Assembly (NCBI GenBank): GCA_028719205.1 | Contig: JAQUKH010000016.1 | Coordinates: 1-54,511, forward strand | Reading direction: 5' to 3' | DNA length: 54,511 nucleotides | DNA from: a bacterium | Lineage (GTDB): Bacteria; JACRDZ01; JAQUKH01 | In this document: positions 1-10,095 of the stretch, piece after piece | Layout of the letters: the number at the start of each line of letters is the position of its first letter | Position numbering within the stretch: the stretch's first letter is position 1 | The notes under the pieces: model-generated | Told to the model about the DNA's origin: nothing | The model's database searches: none | What the model saw: the letters and a program-made list of their open reading frames with translations, nothing else | Made by a program: the position numbers and the translations under genes

Positions 1-67
1 ATAAACCGGATATAAACGCTATGATATATAATGCCAGGCTGATATTTGAGTCAATAAGCAAACAATA

Positions 68-898
68 TCATATTAATGGTAAGTAAAGTGCTTCATTCAT
101 GCTTCCCGAACGGTAACCGTGCAGGTCCAGTGTAATATAAATAAAACCCAGTGATTTTAACTTATTAATTACTTTCACGCGAATATCTTTTTGAGTGATT
201 TTTTTGATATCTGACTGTTCAACCTCAATTCGCGCAAGGACTCCATGCGACCTTACGCGAAAAGATCTAAACCCCAGAAGAGAAATAAATTCCTCGGCTT
301 CTTCTATTCTTACCAGATTTTCTTTTGTTATTTTTTCCCCATAAGGGATCCGGGACGAAAGACAGGCAAGTGAAGGTTTATCCCATGTAGAAAGCCCCAT
401 ATCGCGGCTTAAAGCCCTGATATCTTCTTTAGTCAGCCCCGCATCAAGAAGCGGGCTGAGCACTTTAAACTCCTTTGCCGCCTGCCTGCCGGGACGAACA
501 TCTTTTAGATCATCTTTATTTGTTCCGTCGCATATCCATTTTATGTTTTCTTCTTTTGCGATATGATCCAGTTTCGAGAATAACTCTTTCTTGCAATAAT
601 AACAGCGGTTAGGGGGATTAGATATAAAATCGTGGTTATTCAACTCTTCAGTTCTTATAACTTTATGCCTTGCGCCGATAATTTTTGCTATTGCTTTCGC
701 CTCCCGCAATTCCGCGTCAGGATATGTCTCCGACCGGGCTGTAACCGCCAATACTTTTTTACCTAAGACATCATATCCGGCTTTTAATAAAAACGCGCTG
801 TCCACTCCGCCGGAATAAGCCAACACGAACGAACCCATATTTTTTATATTTTTTTTGAGCCTGCTGAATTTTTCTTTTAATGGATCTTTCATAATCAC
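68..898 (-). CDS. larE: ATP-dependent sacrificial sulfur transferase, LarE/TIGR00268 family
   Basis: PP-loop AYSGGVDS, NPPNRCYYCK, DGTNKDD, RPG, PS-ACLSSRIPYG and C-terminal GYRSGSMN motifs. Confidence 0.9.
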   Translation of the reverse strand: MIMKDPLKEKFSRLKKNIKNMGSFVLAYSGGVDSAFLLKAGYDVLGKKVLAVTARSETYPDAELREAKAIAKIIGARHKVIRTEELNNHDFISNPPNRCYYCKKELFSKLDHIAKEENIKWICDGTNKDDLKDVRPGRQAAKEFKVLSPLLDAGLTKEDIRALSRDMGLSTWDKPSLACLSSRIPYGEKITKENLVRIEEAEEFISLLGFRSFRVRSHGVLARIEVEQSDIKKITQKDIRVKVINKLKSLGFIYITLDLHGYRSGSMNEALYLPLI

Positions 899-1722
899 GC
901 GACTAAATCGTCTCTGACCTTAGACAATTTGCCCTTTAACCTTAAAATTGCTTTAGTATGCATCTGGGATACCCGTGATTCAGATACATCCATCAGGTCT
1001 CCTATTTGTTTCAATGTCAACTCTTCAAAATAATACATGGAAACCACCTTTTTTTCCCTTTCAGGTAATCTCTCTATAGCCTGCTGTAAAACTTCTTTTT
1101 TCTCCAGGGTTTCACTCTCTTCTTCCGGATTTGGGATCTTAAAATCCTCCACCATATCAAGGATCTGCACTGCCTGATCATCATCCTTAACTGTCCAGAA
1201 TTTATCCAGGGAAACAATGGCTGTATGATTCACTTTTGTAACCAGATCATGAAAATCATCCATATTTATACCCATCGCGCCGGCCATTTCAGAATCAGTA
1301 GCCTGACGTTTTAACACATTTTCCAACTCACTGCAAGTTGTCTCAAATTGTCTTGCCTTCTGCCTGACTGAACGGGGAACCCAGTCTAATGACCTTAATT
1401 CATCTAAAATCGAACCCCTTACCCGGGAAATTGCGTAAGTTTTAAACTTTATACCTCTATCCGGATCAAATTTCTCGATCGCGTCCATAAGCCCTATAAT
1501 GCCGCAGCTTATCAGATCATCTGATTCACTATTCGGTTTGTAAGTCGGCAGGCACATTTCAATACGGCTGACTACATACCTAACAAGATACATATTTTTC
1601 TTTATAAGTATCTCCTTAACCCTGTAATCTTTTCTTTTTTTATACCGGGCCCATAATTCGCTGTCATCCTCTGATCCGGAATTTTGTTCCTTGGAAAAAA
1701 ACAATTTTGATATACTTTTCAT
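895..1722 (-). CDS. fliA: RNA polymerase sigma factor, FliA/WhiG (sigma-28) family
   Basis: DLISCGIIGLMDAIEKFDPDRGIKFKTYA..RVRGSILDELRSLDWVPRSVR; region 4 LTLKQIG..VSESRVSQMH; SD AAGGAG upstream. Confidence 0.88.
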   Translation of the reverse strand: MKSISKLFFSKEQNSGSEDDSELWARYKKRKDYRVKEILIKKNMYLVRYVVSRIEMCLPTYKPNSESDDLISCGIIGLMDAIEKFDPDRGIKFKTYAISRVRGSILDELRSLDWVPRSVRQKARQFETTCSELENVLKRQATDSEMAGAMGINMDDFHDLVTKVNHTAIVSLDKFWTVKDDDQAVQILDMVEDFKIPNPEEESETLEKKEVLQQAIERLPEREKKVVSMYYFEELTLKQIGDLMDVSESRVSQMHTKAILRLKGKLSKVRDDLVA

Positions 1723-1742
1723 CCCGCTCCTCCTTTTAAAAC

Positions 1743-2108
1743 TTATGAGTTAGGAACATATTTTTTTTCAATTTTCTTTTTACATAATTCCAAAAGTTCT
1801 TCTTCATTTCTTACCGACTTAGGATCTATATCAAGCCAGAAAAATAAATCCAGCGCGGTCCGGCACATTTCACTATCGTTGAGCTGTACTCCATCAATAT
1901 TTCCGCTGTGAAAAGCAAATTCCCTTAATTTTCTTATCTGATCAATACGCAGCTGGATATTCTTCTGCCTGATCTTAAAAACCTTTCTGGGGGATTCATC
2001 TTTTATCTTTAATTTAAAACCATTATCCTGTGACAAACTCAGCTTATTGATCATCACTTCTTTTTTCCCGTCCTTTAAATATTTTTTGTTAATTGTATTA
2101 AAGTTCAT
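1743..2108 (-). CDS. Small basic hypothetical protein, possibly ribbon-helix-helix DNA-binding
   Basis: 121-aa ORF below a consensus promoter; segment RQKNIQLRIDQIRKLREFA..NDSEMCRTALD resembles strand-helix-helix; start uncertain. Confidence 0.55.
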   Translation of the reverse strand: MNFNTINKKYLKDGKKEVMINKLSLSQDNGFKLKIKDESPRKVFKIRQKNIQLRIDQIRKLREFAFHSGNIDGVQLNDSEMCRTALDLFFWLDIDPKSVRNEEELLELCKKKIEKKYVPNS

Positions 2109-2109
2109 A

Positions 2110-2244
2110 GTGTAATATTATAATATTGTAGTATCATTATAGTATAATATACTTACATGTCAAGAGAAATATTATTATATTTTATGCATAGTTACAATTT
2201 ACTAAATAATAAATACAATAATATAATCATATTATCGTATTATA
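2110..2244. repeat. Two degenerate 8-bp-period AT-rich arrays
   Basis: 2110-2157 GTGTAATA TTATAATA TTGTAGTA TCATTATA GTATAATA TACTTACA; 2213-2244 ATACAATA ATATAATC ATATTATC GTATTATA. Confidence 0.5.
2136..2163 (-). promoter_or_regulatory. Sigma-70 promoter
   Basis: TTGACA (2163-2158), 16-nt spacer, TATAAT (2141-2136). Confidence 0.7.
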
Positions 2245-2298
2245 TAAAATTAACTTTAATATATTGTTGAATAAAATTTATAAAAAGATCAGGGGGGA

Positions 2299-4296
2299 TT
2301 ATTTTCCCTGGGGATTGAATTGTACCATCCAGCTTCTGATATTTTGCGCTTTGGGAGAGTTCGGGTCCAATTTCAAATATTCATTGAATTCCCTGATAGC
2401 AGAATCAATCATTTTTTCCTCGTAATATAAAAAACCAAGATTATAATATGCCTCAGAATTTGGAAATATTTTATTGGTTAATTGGTATTGATAGATCGCT
2501 AAATATGCTTTTTTTTCTTTTAAATATTTACGCGCCATATTAATGTTAAAGCTGTATAACTGGCGTAATATTTCATTGTCTCTGACAAGGCGGATAGATT
2601 TGTTATTGCCTAAACCTCTATAGCAATAATTAAACCATATTTTCCCGTTAATAAGATCCAAATCTTCATTTGTATCCTGCCAGAGAATACCTCTATATTT
2701 TATCGGTTTATCTTTTGGTAAAAAATCCTTTGTAAAGATCGTATAATAAAATTTATATTCCGGATTATTTAACATAATATCATTTGTAATGATCTGAGAC
2801 CTCGCATCAAGATAATCATCATTATTCCAGTCCGAAAATTCCGGCCTTGTCAAAACTAATTTGGGTTCATCCTGCATCATCTGGGCATAATACCAGGGCA
2901 GGGCAGCCATTTTTTGATGCACTACAGCTAAATCTCCTCTCCTCCCCTCGGCATACCTGTAATACCAGAAAGGAAAGGTATCAATTGATATAGAAGTAAA
3001 TATTACACTTTTTTCCTCAACACTATTTGCCATATTTGCCGCAAAATCATACGCGAAATAATTCCCTTTAAAATCATATGCCTCGTAATGATCTAAAAGT
3101 GATGTAGCTGGCATAAGGAAAAAAGGTATCAAAATAAAAGCCCATGCTGTTGAAGAGACCGGTTTTATTTTTCCCAGATATAAATATATTTTCTCAATAA
3201 CAAACGCTATCCCAAAACTTATCCAGATAGCAAACATAGCATACAACGGCAAATAAAATGTTCTAAGAAGGGCGAAAATTTGAGTAGGGATAGGAGGATC
3301 CACTAAATAAATAAAACCTATACTGCTGCAAAAGGTTATCAATGAAAAAGTAATAAATATTTTTAAATTTTTTCTAAGCAGCCGATATAAACCAAAAAAA
3401 GAAAAAAAGAAGGTCCAAATACTGACCTGTTCAAAAAAACCAAACAGGTTTAACTGTTGAACCCATTTTATAATATCCCTTGGTACTTCCGATCCTCCGA
3501 TGTATTGCTCCCTTCTAACAGCAAATAAAAATCCCCGTAAGCTTTCCGCATTACTCCAATCTAAATAAGGATTTTTAGCAGAGCGTAAAGGTAAATAAAC
3601 ATAAATTAAAAGCCCCAGGCCAAACAACATTATTATGGAAATCAGATGTTTTATTTTAAGTATTTCTCTCCAATCGGTGATTAATAAAAAATATATGAAT
3701 GCCGGGAAAAATAAAACAGCCTCTTCATGGTTCCCTAAACTCAGGCCATAAATTAATGAACCTAAAAAAACATAACGAATATCCCTTTTAATATCCCAAA
3801 CCAGCATAAAATAAGTTAAAAGCATCATAAGAAAAAGATTTAAGGTGTAAACTTCTGTGGTTACGGAATGAAGCCATATCATACTGGAAAAACTTGTAAG
3901 TAAAGCCGCGATTACTGCCGGGACATAACCATTCAGTAAGGGTTCAAAATTTTGAACCCCTGCAACTTTATTTTTTCCAATAAAATCCCTTTCTACTTTT
4001 AACACAATAAAATAAACCATCAGGACACTTAAAGATCCAAAAACCGCGGTGGCTAAATTAGCCCTGAAAGCAATATTGCTTATAGGTAAAAGAGTCATTA
4101 AAACTTTCATTATTATTGTATAAAAAGGATAACCTGACGGATGGGAAATGCCTAAAATATAAGGAGTGGTAATTAGTTCCCCGCTATCTTCGTAAGTTAT
4201 ACTGGGAGCTAAGGTATGAATATAAACACCTAAAGAGATAAGAAAAACCAAAAGGCCTATTAGATGAGTTTTGTCAGCTTCTTTAAAAATTTTCAT
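2299..4296 (-). CDS. DUF2723 (TMEM260-like, GT-C fold) membrane protein with C-terminal TPR
   Basis: YIHTLAPSITYEDSGEL..LGISHPSGYPFY, EVYTLN, YVYLPLRS, DTFPFWY; many TM segments; terminal TPR EAYYNLG. Confidence 0.85.
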   Translation of the reverse strand: MKIFKEADKTHLIGLLVFLISLGVYIHTLAPSITYEDSGELITTPYILGISHPSGYPFYTIIMKVLMTLLPISNIAFRANLATAVFGSLSVLMVYFIVLKVERDFIGKNKVAGVQNFEPLLNGYVPAVIAALLTSFSSMIWLHSVTTEVYTLNLFLMMLLTYFMLVWDIKRDIRYVFLGSLIYGLSLGNHEEAVLFFPAFIYFLLITDWREILKIKHLISIIMLFGLGLLIYVYLPLRSAKNPYLDWSNAESLRGFLFAVRREQYIGGSEVPRDIIKWVQQLNLFGFFEQVSIWTFFFSFFGLYRLLRKNLKIFITFSLITFCSSIGFIYLVDPPIPTQIFALLRTFYLPLYAMFAIWISFGIAFVIEKIYLYLGKIKPVSSTAWAFILIPFFLMPATSLLDHYEAYDFKGNYFAYDFAANMANSVEEKSVIFTSISIDTFPFWYYRYAEGRRGDLAVVHQKMAALPWYYAQMMQDEPKLVLTRPEFSDWNNDDYLDARSQIITNDIMLNNPEYKFYYTIFTKDFLPKDKPIKYRGILWQDTNEDLDLINGKIWFNYCYRGLGNNKSIRLVRDNEILRQLYSFNINMARKYLKEKKAYLAIYQYQLTNKIFPNSEAYYNLGFLYYEEKMIDSAIREFNEYLKLDPNSPKAQNIRSWMVQFNPQGK

Positions 4297-4302
4297 TTTT
4301 AT

Positions 4303-4974
4303 TTAATATAATAGCGCGTAGGTAATTATATTGATACCCATTTCAAACGCCTTTTCTCTGATCGCAGGAGGATCATTATAAACCTCCGGGCTTACCCAGC
4401 CGTCACTAATATTCGTATTGTAAGTGTAAAAAAGAACTAATCTTCCTTCATGGAATATACCAAAGCCCTGTGGACGCCCGGGATAGTGTTCATGGATTTT
4501 AGGCAGGCCTTGCGGGAAATCGTAGACTAAATGATAAATAGGATGTGAGAACGGCAATTCTATTAATTCATTATCAGGAAAGATCTTTTTAACTTCCTGC
4601 CTGAAATATTTATCCATTCCATAATCATCATCAACATAAAGAAAACCGCCATTCGCCAGATAAACGCGAAGCCTGGCAATTTCCGGATCAGAAAATTTTA
4701 TATTCCCGTGCCCGGTGGCAAACAAGAACGGATAAGAGAAAAGATCTTCATCTTCGATCGAAACAACCTTTTCTTTTGAAGAAATATTAATATTCGTATT
4801 TTTTTGAATGTTTTTCGCGAAATTAGGGATCAGCGACGGGTCATTATACCAATCTCCGCCTCCGCTATATTTCAATCTTGCGATGGTAAATTCTGACCCC
4901 GCGAAATAGAATTTATTTAAGGTGAAAAATAAAATAAATAATAATAAGAGCCTATTTCTTAGTTTCTGCTGCAT
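4303..4974 (-). CDS. DUF4159 family protein
   Basis: IARLKYSGGGDWY, YPFLFATGHG, GGFLYVDDDYG, LPFSHPIYH, GLPKIHEH; N-terminal signal-like segment. Confidence 0.85.
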   Translation of the reverse strand: MQQKLRNRLLLLFILFFTLNKFYFAGSEFTIARLKYSGGGDWYNDPSLIPNFAKNIQKNTNINISSKEKVVSIEDEDLFSYPFLFATGHGNIKFSDPEIARLRVYLANGGFLYVDDDYGMDKYFRQEVKKIFPDNELIELPFSHPIYHLVYDFPQGLPKIHEHYPGRPQGFGIFHEGRLVLFYTYNTNISDGWVSPEVYNDPPAIREKAFEMGINIITYALLY

Positions 4975-5662
4975 TCATACTCAATTCTTTTGTCAAAACT
5001 GACCCATTATGAATGATTGTTAAAAAAACAGTTTCACTTAATTTTACCTGGCTTGTTACCTCGCCGAATTCTTTTAAATTCCTGAAAGTTTTCCGGTTTA
5101 TTCCCAGAAGCAGATCTCCTTTTTCCAATTTAGCGTTATAAGATAATGAATCTATTTTTATATCGGAAATAACAATATTGACCGGTTTATCTGAAACTTC
5201 TATAACCTTAACTTTAAAACCAAGTTTATCTAAAATATCTCTTACCTGGTTCCACGTATCTTCCAGCGTAACTTCTATTTCTATTTCTCTTGTTTCACGC
5301 ATGAGCTTAATTTTAATTTTATCTCCGACTTTTTTAGCATAAATCGCGTTTTCAAATTCAGTTTGGTTCATAACAGCCTGGCCATCAATAGATTTAATAA
5401 TATCACCTTTATTAATTCCTGATATTTTGGCAGGGCCCTTTTCAATAAAATCATCCACCAATACCCCATCCGCCTCTTTCTTTTTCACCTTTTCTTTTAA
5501 ATAATCTTTGGTAATTAAACCGGTCCATGGAGTTTTATTAATCTTTTCTTCCAAATCAATTCCCTTATTTACATTAGAAGTATCAGATTCTATCGCGAAA
5601 ACAGAACTAAAACTAACAGCAACCAAAAATAAAAACAACATACTATAATTTTTCATCACCAA
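4952..5662 (-). CDS. Exported tandem PDZ-domain protein
   Basis: Signal peptide; two PDZ-like units (GPAKISGINKGDIIKSIDG; AKLEKGDLLLGINRK); no protease domain. Confidence 0.75.
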   Translation of the reverse strand: MVMKNYSMLFLFLVAVSFSSVFAIESDTSNVNKGIDLEEKINKTPWTGLITKDYLKEKVKKKEADGVLVDDFIEKGPAKISGINKGDIIKSIDGQAVMNQTEFENAIYAKKVGDKIKIKLMRETREIEIEVTLEDTWNQVRDILDKLGFKVKVIEVSDKPVNIVISDIKIDSLSYNAKLEKGDLLLGINRKTFRNLKEFGEVTSQVKLSETVFLTIIHNGSVLTKELSMNAAETKK

Positions 5663-6633
5663 TCCCTTTCTAAAATATGATCCGCCAGAGTTAAAAGCGC
5701 CTGTTTTATATTTGAAGCTGGAAATATATCCAGTTCTTTTTTTGCCGACAGAATATATTTTTCACCTAAATCAGCCACTTTTTCCAATATTTTATAACCA
5801 TCCATTTTATTGCGTATAGACAGAATATCTTCCTCGCTCAAACTTTCATTATCAAGCATTTTATAAAGCCAATCTTTATCAGCTAAACTTGCTTCCTGAA
5901 GAAAATATATCAAAGGAAGCGTATACCCTCCCTCACGCAGGTCGTTCGTTACCGGTTTACCCAGTTTTTCTTTTTTTGCTTTCCAGTCCAGAGTATCATC
6001 AATTATCTCAAAGGCAATACCCAGATTTAAGCCAAATCTTTCTAACGCGTCGATCTTATCCTGTGATAAACCGCCGCACATTCCGCCGGCTTTTGCGCAG
6101 GCCGCGATCAATCCCGCGGTTTTTGCCCGTACAATATATAAATAATCTTCAAAACTTACATCAGGATCGTTTTTTACCGCTTCCTGAAGAACCTCCCCCT
6201 CAGTCATATCATTAGTAGCCCCAATAACTAATCTTATTGCTGCTATGTCCTTGTCTTTTAAAAGCAAACGGCATCCCTTAGTGTATAAATAATCTCCCAA
6301 AAGCACAGCAAATTTATTATCCCATTTCGCGTTAATAGAGGGCTTTCCCCTGCGTATATCAGCTTCATCCACAACATCATCATGCACCAGTGTAGCGGTA
6401 TGAATCAGCTCAATAGCAACAGCCAATTGAACACTTCTTTTGCGGTCGAATTCACCAAACTTCGCGCAAAGAATTAATATTGCCGGACGTATTCGTTTCC
6501 CTCCGGGCAAAAGAATGTGAGAAATAACAGGTGAAATCTTTTTATTGTCAGCCTCAAGTTCTTTTTTAAGCGCCGTTTCAACTTCATCCAACTCACTCTT
6601 TACTAAATTATACAAAAATATTAGGTTGAACAA
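5656..6633 (-). CDS. Long-chain polyprenyl diphosphate synthase (IspB/HepT-like)
   Basis: GGKRIRP, first Asp-rich motif HDDVVD..RRG, KTA, second motif DDTLD, GKPVTNDLREG. Confidence 0.9.
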   Translation of the reverse strand: MFNLIFLYNLVKSELDEVETALKKELEADNKKISPVISHILLPGGKRIRPAILILCAKFGEFDRKRSVQLAVAIELIHTATLVHDDVVDEADIRRGKPSINAKWDNKFAVLLGDYLYTKGCRLLLKDKDIAAIRLVIGATNDMTEGEVLQEAVKNDPDVSFEDYLYIVRAKTAGLIAACAKAGGMCGGLSQDKIDALERFGLNLGIAFEIIDDTLDWKAKKEKLGKPVTNDLREGGYTLPLIYFLQEASLADKDWLYKMLDNESLSEEDILSIRNKMDGYKILEKVADLGEKYILSAKKELDIFPASNIKQALLTLADHILERDW

Positions 6634-6642
6634 AGTTTACTC

Positions 6643-7716
6643 CTAAAAACTTATTTCAAGCTCTGTTCTTAATATATTACTGTCAAATGTCCTCATCCCG
6701 TCAGGCCCGATATATTTTAAATAAATGATCCTGAAATCTGAATTCTCCGCTAAATTAAACTCCAGCTGAGGTGAAATCTCCTTATATTTATCCCACCCGG
6801 AATAATGCAATATTCCCATCACCCTTTCATAAAATCTATAGTTCATATTTATCCAGTATCCATAAGAATATATATCTTTACTTATTGGACTGACTCCCAG
6901 AGGATCAGACCCGATAACAAAATTTTTAAATTTATCTTTTTTAATGTATGCGGTATATTGGGATTTAAAATCAAAATCATGCCCGGTATATATCAAATAA
7001 AAAGCATATTTTGACACATCGCCTTCCGCGTCTTCCGCGATCCTGTCATTGTAGTAAGATCCTCCTACCCTGATCCCGTTTCCGGCCTCAGTTGAAAAAT
7101 CTATACAATAATCCTTGCTTGGCCTGGGCCTGATACTCGTTGTAGTATCATGTCCAAAACCGTCAATTAACGCAAAAGAATAATCTACAACCTCCGCCTT
7201 TCCGTTCAGGAGCAATTGCCAATGCCTTGTGTTAAAACGTTCAGGGCTTGTACCTCCTACCCCTAACTCTTCCGCAAAAAGCGCAGGGTCTATACCAAAC
7301 TTAGGCTTGTTATAAGATACTCTAAAATCACCAACAACATCTATTTTGTGGCTTATATATGTATCTCCTAAAACTATATCGGTCTGTCCTTTTCCCGCGC
7401 CGGAAAAACCAATACGGGAATCAATTTTTTCATTTACTTTAGAATCTATCCATAAATCCAATCCGGTTCCGGCATCAAAAGACCTTTGTTCAGCACCGGT
7501 ATATATATTCTGAAAATCAAGATTTTTTTCATTATCACCGCCGACAATAACTGAAGTGGTAGCCATAGGGTCAGCTATTACCTTTTTAAATTCATCCGCG
7601 TCACCCATATCCTGCCTTACCGTCATTTTCCCATGGACGGAAAAATTAAAGGCCCGCGCACTTGAAGCCATAGCCAAAACAGACAAAACACATATAATGC
7701 CGCTAACTTTTTTCAT
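6643..7716 (-). CDS. Putative outer-membrane beta-barrel/porin
   Basis: Signal peptide ending ARA, alternating aromatic/polar strands, C-terminal Phe (TELEISF). Confidence 0.6.
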   Translation of the reverse strand: MKKVSGIICVLSVLAMASSARAFNFSVHGKMTVRQDMGDADEFKKVIADPMATTSVIVGGDNEKNLDFQNIYTGAEQRSFDAGTGLDLWIDSKVNEKIDSRIGFSGAGKGQTDIVLGDTYISHKIDVVGDFRVSYNKPKFGIDPALFAEELGVGGTSPERFNTRHWQLLLNGKAEVVDYSFALIDGFGHDTTTSIRPRPSKDYCIDFSTEAGNGIRVGGSYYNDRIAEDAEGDVSKYAFYLIYTGHDFDFKSQYTAYIKKDKFKNFVIGSDPLGVSPISKDIYSYGYWINMNYRFYERVMGILHYSGWDKYKEISPQLEFNLAENSDFRIIYLKYIGPDGMRTFDSNILRTELEISF

Positions 7717-7746
7717 ATTTTCCTCATTTCAAGAAACTCCCCCTCA

Positions 7747-7770
7747 CCCCCTCTTTAAATAAAGAGGGGG
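7747..7770. repeat. GC-rich REP-like hairpin in the porin gene leader
   Basis: CCCCCTCTTT-AAAT-AAAGAGGGGG perfect 10-bp stem, preceded by CCCCCTCAC. Confidence 0.6.
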
Positions 7771-7788
7771 GATTGATGGAATTGATAG

Positions 7789-7816
7789 ATTATATCAAAA
7801 ATATTGCATAATTCAA
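7789..7816 (-). promoter_or_regulatory. Sigma-70 promoter for the porin-like gene
   Basis: TTGAAT, 16-nt spacer ending TGA (extended -10), TATAAT. Confidence 0.55.
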
Positions 7817-7824
7817 GAAAATAA

Positions 7825-9003
7825 TCACTTTACACCTTCAGGTTCATAAACCCCATCATTAATAACCTCCTCTAATATCTTAACTATATTCAAATCATAT
7901 TTATCTTTTTCCTTTTTGAAAATGTCAAACGCGTCTTTAATATCCATAGCCCTCCTGTATGGCCTGTCGGAAGTTAACGCCTCAAACACATCAGCTACAG
8001 TAATGATCCTGCACATTTCAGATATTTCACTGTTTTTAAGGCCATCGGGATAACCGGTTCCATCCAATTTTTCATGATGCCCCCGTATTAAAGGCAAAGT
8101 TTCTGCCAGAAAATGGATCGGCTCAATTATTTTCTCTCCGATTAAAGGATGTTTCTTAATTATATCGAATTCTTCTTCGCTTAATTTTCCGGGTTTTCTT
8201 AAAATTGCCTTATCTATGCCGATTTTACCGATATCATGCAGGACCGCGGCATATTTTAATGTTACCTTGTCATGTTCCGATAAAAAGATCTTATCCGCAA
8301 GACAGGATACAAGTTTATCTACCCTCTCCGTATGTCCGCTGGTATAGGTATCTTTCGCCTCAATAGCATTCACCAATCCATACAGAGTTTCAATATAACT
8401 CCTCTGTAAATCATTATAAAGCGCGTCTCTTTCCGCGGATACAGCCGAAAGATGTGCCAGATTTTTTTTAAGATTTATATTAACCTCTTCCAGCTCTTTT
8501 TTTGCCTTAAGAAGCAGTGATGTTTTCTCATAAAATCTTTCTTCTAAATGTATATTCAGGGTCTCGAGTTCAACATTTTTATGTGATATTTCCATGTTTT
8601 TCGAATTATATCTCTCCATATAATTATATCTGTTTACAGCCATGCTTATAATATTTTTAAACTCTTCCGGCGATCCCGTACTGGAAAGAATATTATATAC
8701 CTCGCATTCATTAATTACTCTGGCCAGGATATCAAATTCCTTTGCTCCGCTTAACATCAACCTTATAACATCAGGATATTTGGCTTTTATCTTTTTGAAA
8801 AATTCTATTCCATCCAGCCCGGGAACATGATGTTCACAAATAACTAATTTAAGTTTATTATTTTTCAGGATCTGTAACGCGTCATTTGTATTTTGAACAA
8901 TAAATATTTTATATGGCTCTTTTTCAAGTAAATCCAAAAAATAATCATACAACACGACATTATGTAAAACTATAAGGATCGGATTTTCTTCCGTTACATT
9001 CAT
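7825..9003 (-). CDS. HD-GYP c-di-GMP phosphodiesterase with degenerate receiver domain
   Basis: EAKDTYTSGH, LHDIGK, HHEKLDGTGYP, ADVFEALTSDRPYR; N-terminal REC-like fold. Confidence 0.88.
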   Translation of the reverse strand: MNVTEENPILIVLHNVVLYDYFLDLLEKEPYKIFIVQNTNDALQILKNNKLKLVICEHHVPGLDGIEFFKKIKAKYPDVIRLMLSGAKEFDILARVINECEVYNILSSTGSPEEFKNIISMAVNRYNYMERYNSKNMEISHKNVELETLNIHLEERFYEKTSLLLKAKKELEEVNINLKKNLAHLSAVSAERDALYNDLQRSYIETLYGLVNAIEAKDTYTSGHTERVDKLVSCLADKIFLSEHDKVTLKYAAVLHDIGKIGIDKAILRKPGKLSEEEFDIIKKHPLIGEKIIEPIHFLAETLPLIRGHHEKLDGTGYPDGLKNSEISEMCRIITVADVFEALTSDRPYRRAMDIKDAFDIFKKEKDKYDLNIVKILEEVINDGVYEPEGVK

Positions 9004-10095
9004 AATTTCTTCTCCTTTTTCAAATACGCCTCAATAAAAGGATATATTTTACCGTCAATTACAGCCTGTACATTCCCGCTTTCTAACCCTGTTCTATGGT
9101 CTTTAACCAGCTGATACGGTTGAAATATATAAGACCGTATCTGGCTGCCCCATCCGATCTCTTTTTTATCACCTGATAATTTAGCTTCTTCGGCTTTTTT
9201 CTCATTTTGCTGCAGGTCATATAACTTTGAACGCAGCATTTTCATAGCCATGGCTTTATTCTTAAATTGCGACCTTTCATTCTGGCATTGGACCACAATA
9301 CCCGTGGGTATATGTGTGATCCTGATCGCGGAATCTGTTTTATTTACATGCTGGCCGCCCGCTCCGCCCGCGCGGAAAGTATCTATCCTGAGATCTTTCT
9401 CATTTATAACTATCTCAACATCATCTTCTACTTCAGGATAAACGAAAACTGAAGCAAAAGAAGTATGCCTGCGTTTATTTGAATCAAAAGGTGAAATACG
9501 CACCAACCTATGCACCCCTGTCTCCGCGTTAAGATACCCGAAAGCGTATTGCCCCTCAACAAAAACCGTGACACTCTTTATTCCTGCTTCTTCTCCGGCC
9601 AGATAATCAACGATTTCCGTCCTGTAATTTTTAATTTCGGCGAAACGCATATACATCCTTAAAAGTATTTGAGCCCAGTCCTGCGACTCCGTCCCGCCAG
9701 CTCCGGGATGAATGACCAAAAAGGCATTATTGATATCCTGCGGGTTATTTAAGACTGCCTTTAATTCTAATTCATCCAGCTCGCCGATAAGTTTATCAAG
9801 CTCAAACATTAATTCTTTACCGCTGTCCTCTTCATCTCCGCTCAAAACAGCTAATTCCGACAGATCTTCCAGTTCTTTAGTCAATTTTTGGAATATTTCA
9901 ACTATATTTTTAGTGTTTTTTAATTCTTCCACTTTCTTCAGGGCCACGTCTTTTTGATCCCAGAAAGAACTTTTCTCCATTTCTTTCTTTAACTCGTCAA
10001 GCCTTTTTTCACTTTTATCCAGGTCAAAGATACCTCCGCAGGCTAACGATCTTCATTTTCCCTTTATTTATTTTATCTTCAAGTTCTCTAATCAT
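9000..10095 (-). CDS. prfB: Peptide chain release factor 2 with programmed +1 frameshift
   Basis: ATG at 10095, 23 codons (MIRELEDKINKGKMKIVSLRRYL) then CTT-TGA-C; +1 frame continues DLDKSEKRLDELKKEMEK into the 9000-9980 ORF with SPF and GGQ motifs. Confidence 0.95.
10023..10037 (-). promoter_or_regulatory. prfB +1 frameshift site
   Basis: GGAGG-TAT-CTT-TGA-C: internal SD three nucleotides before the CUU-UGA slippery site. Confidence 0.93.

Noticed and set aside
1-70. Open frame continuing after the larE TGA (possible selenocysteine read-through or start of a membrane protein)
   Set aside because: The TGA falls after the normal LarE C-terminal motif, no SECIS-like hairpin is evident, and only about 20 codons are visible
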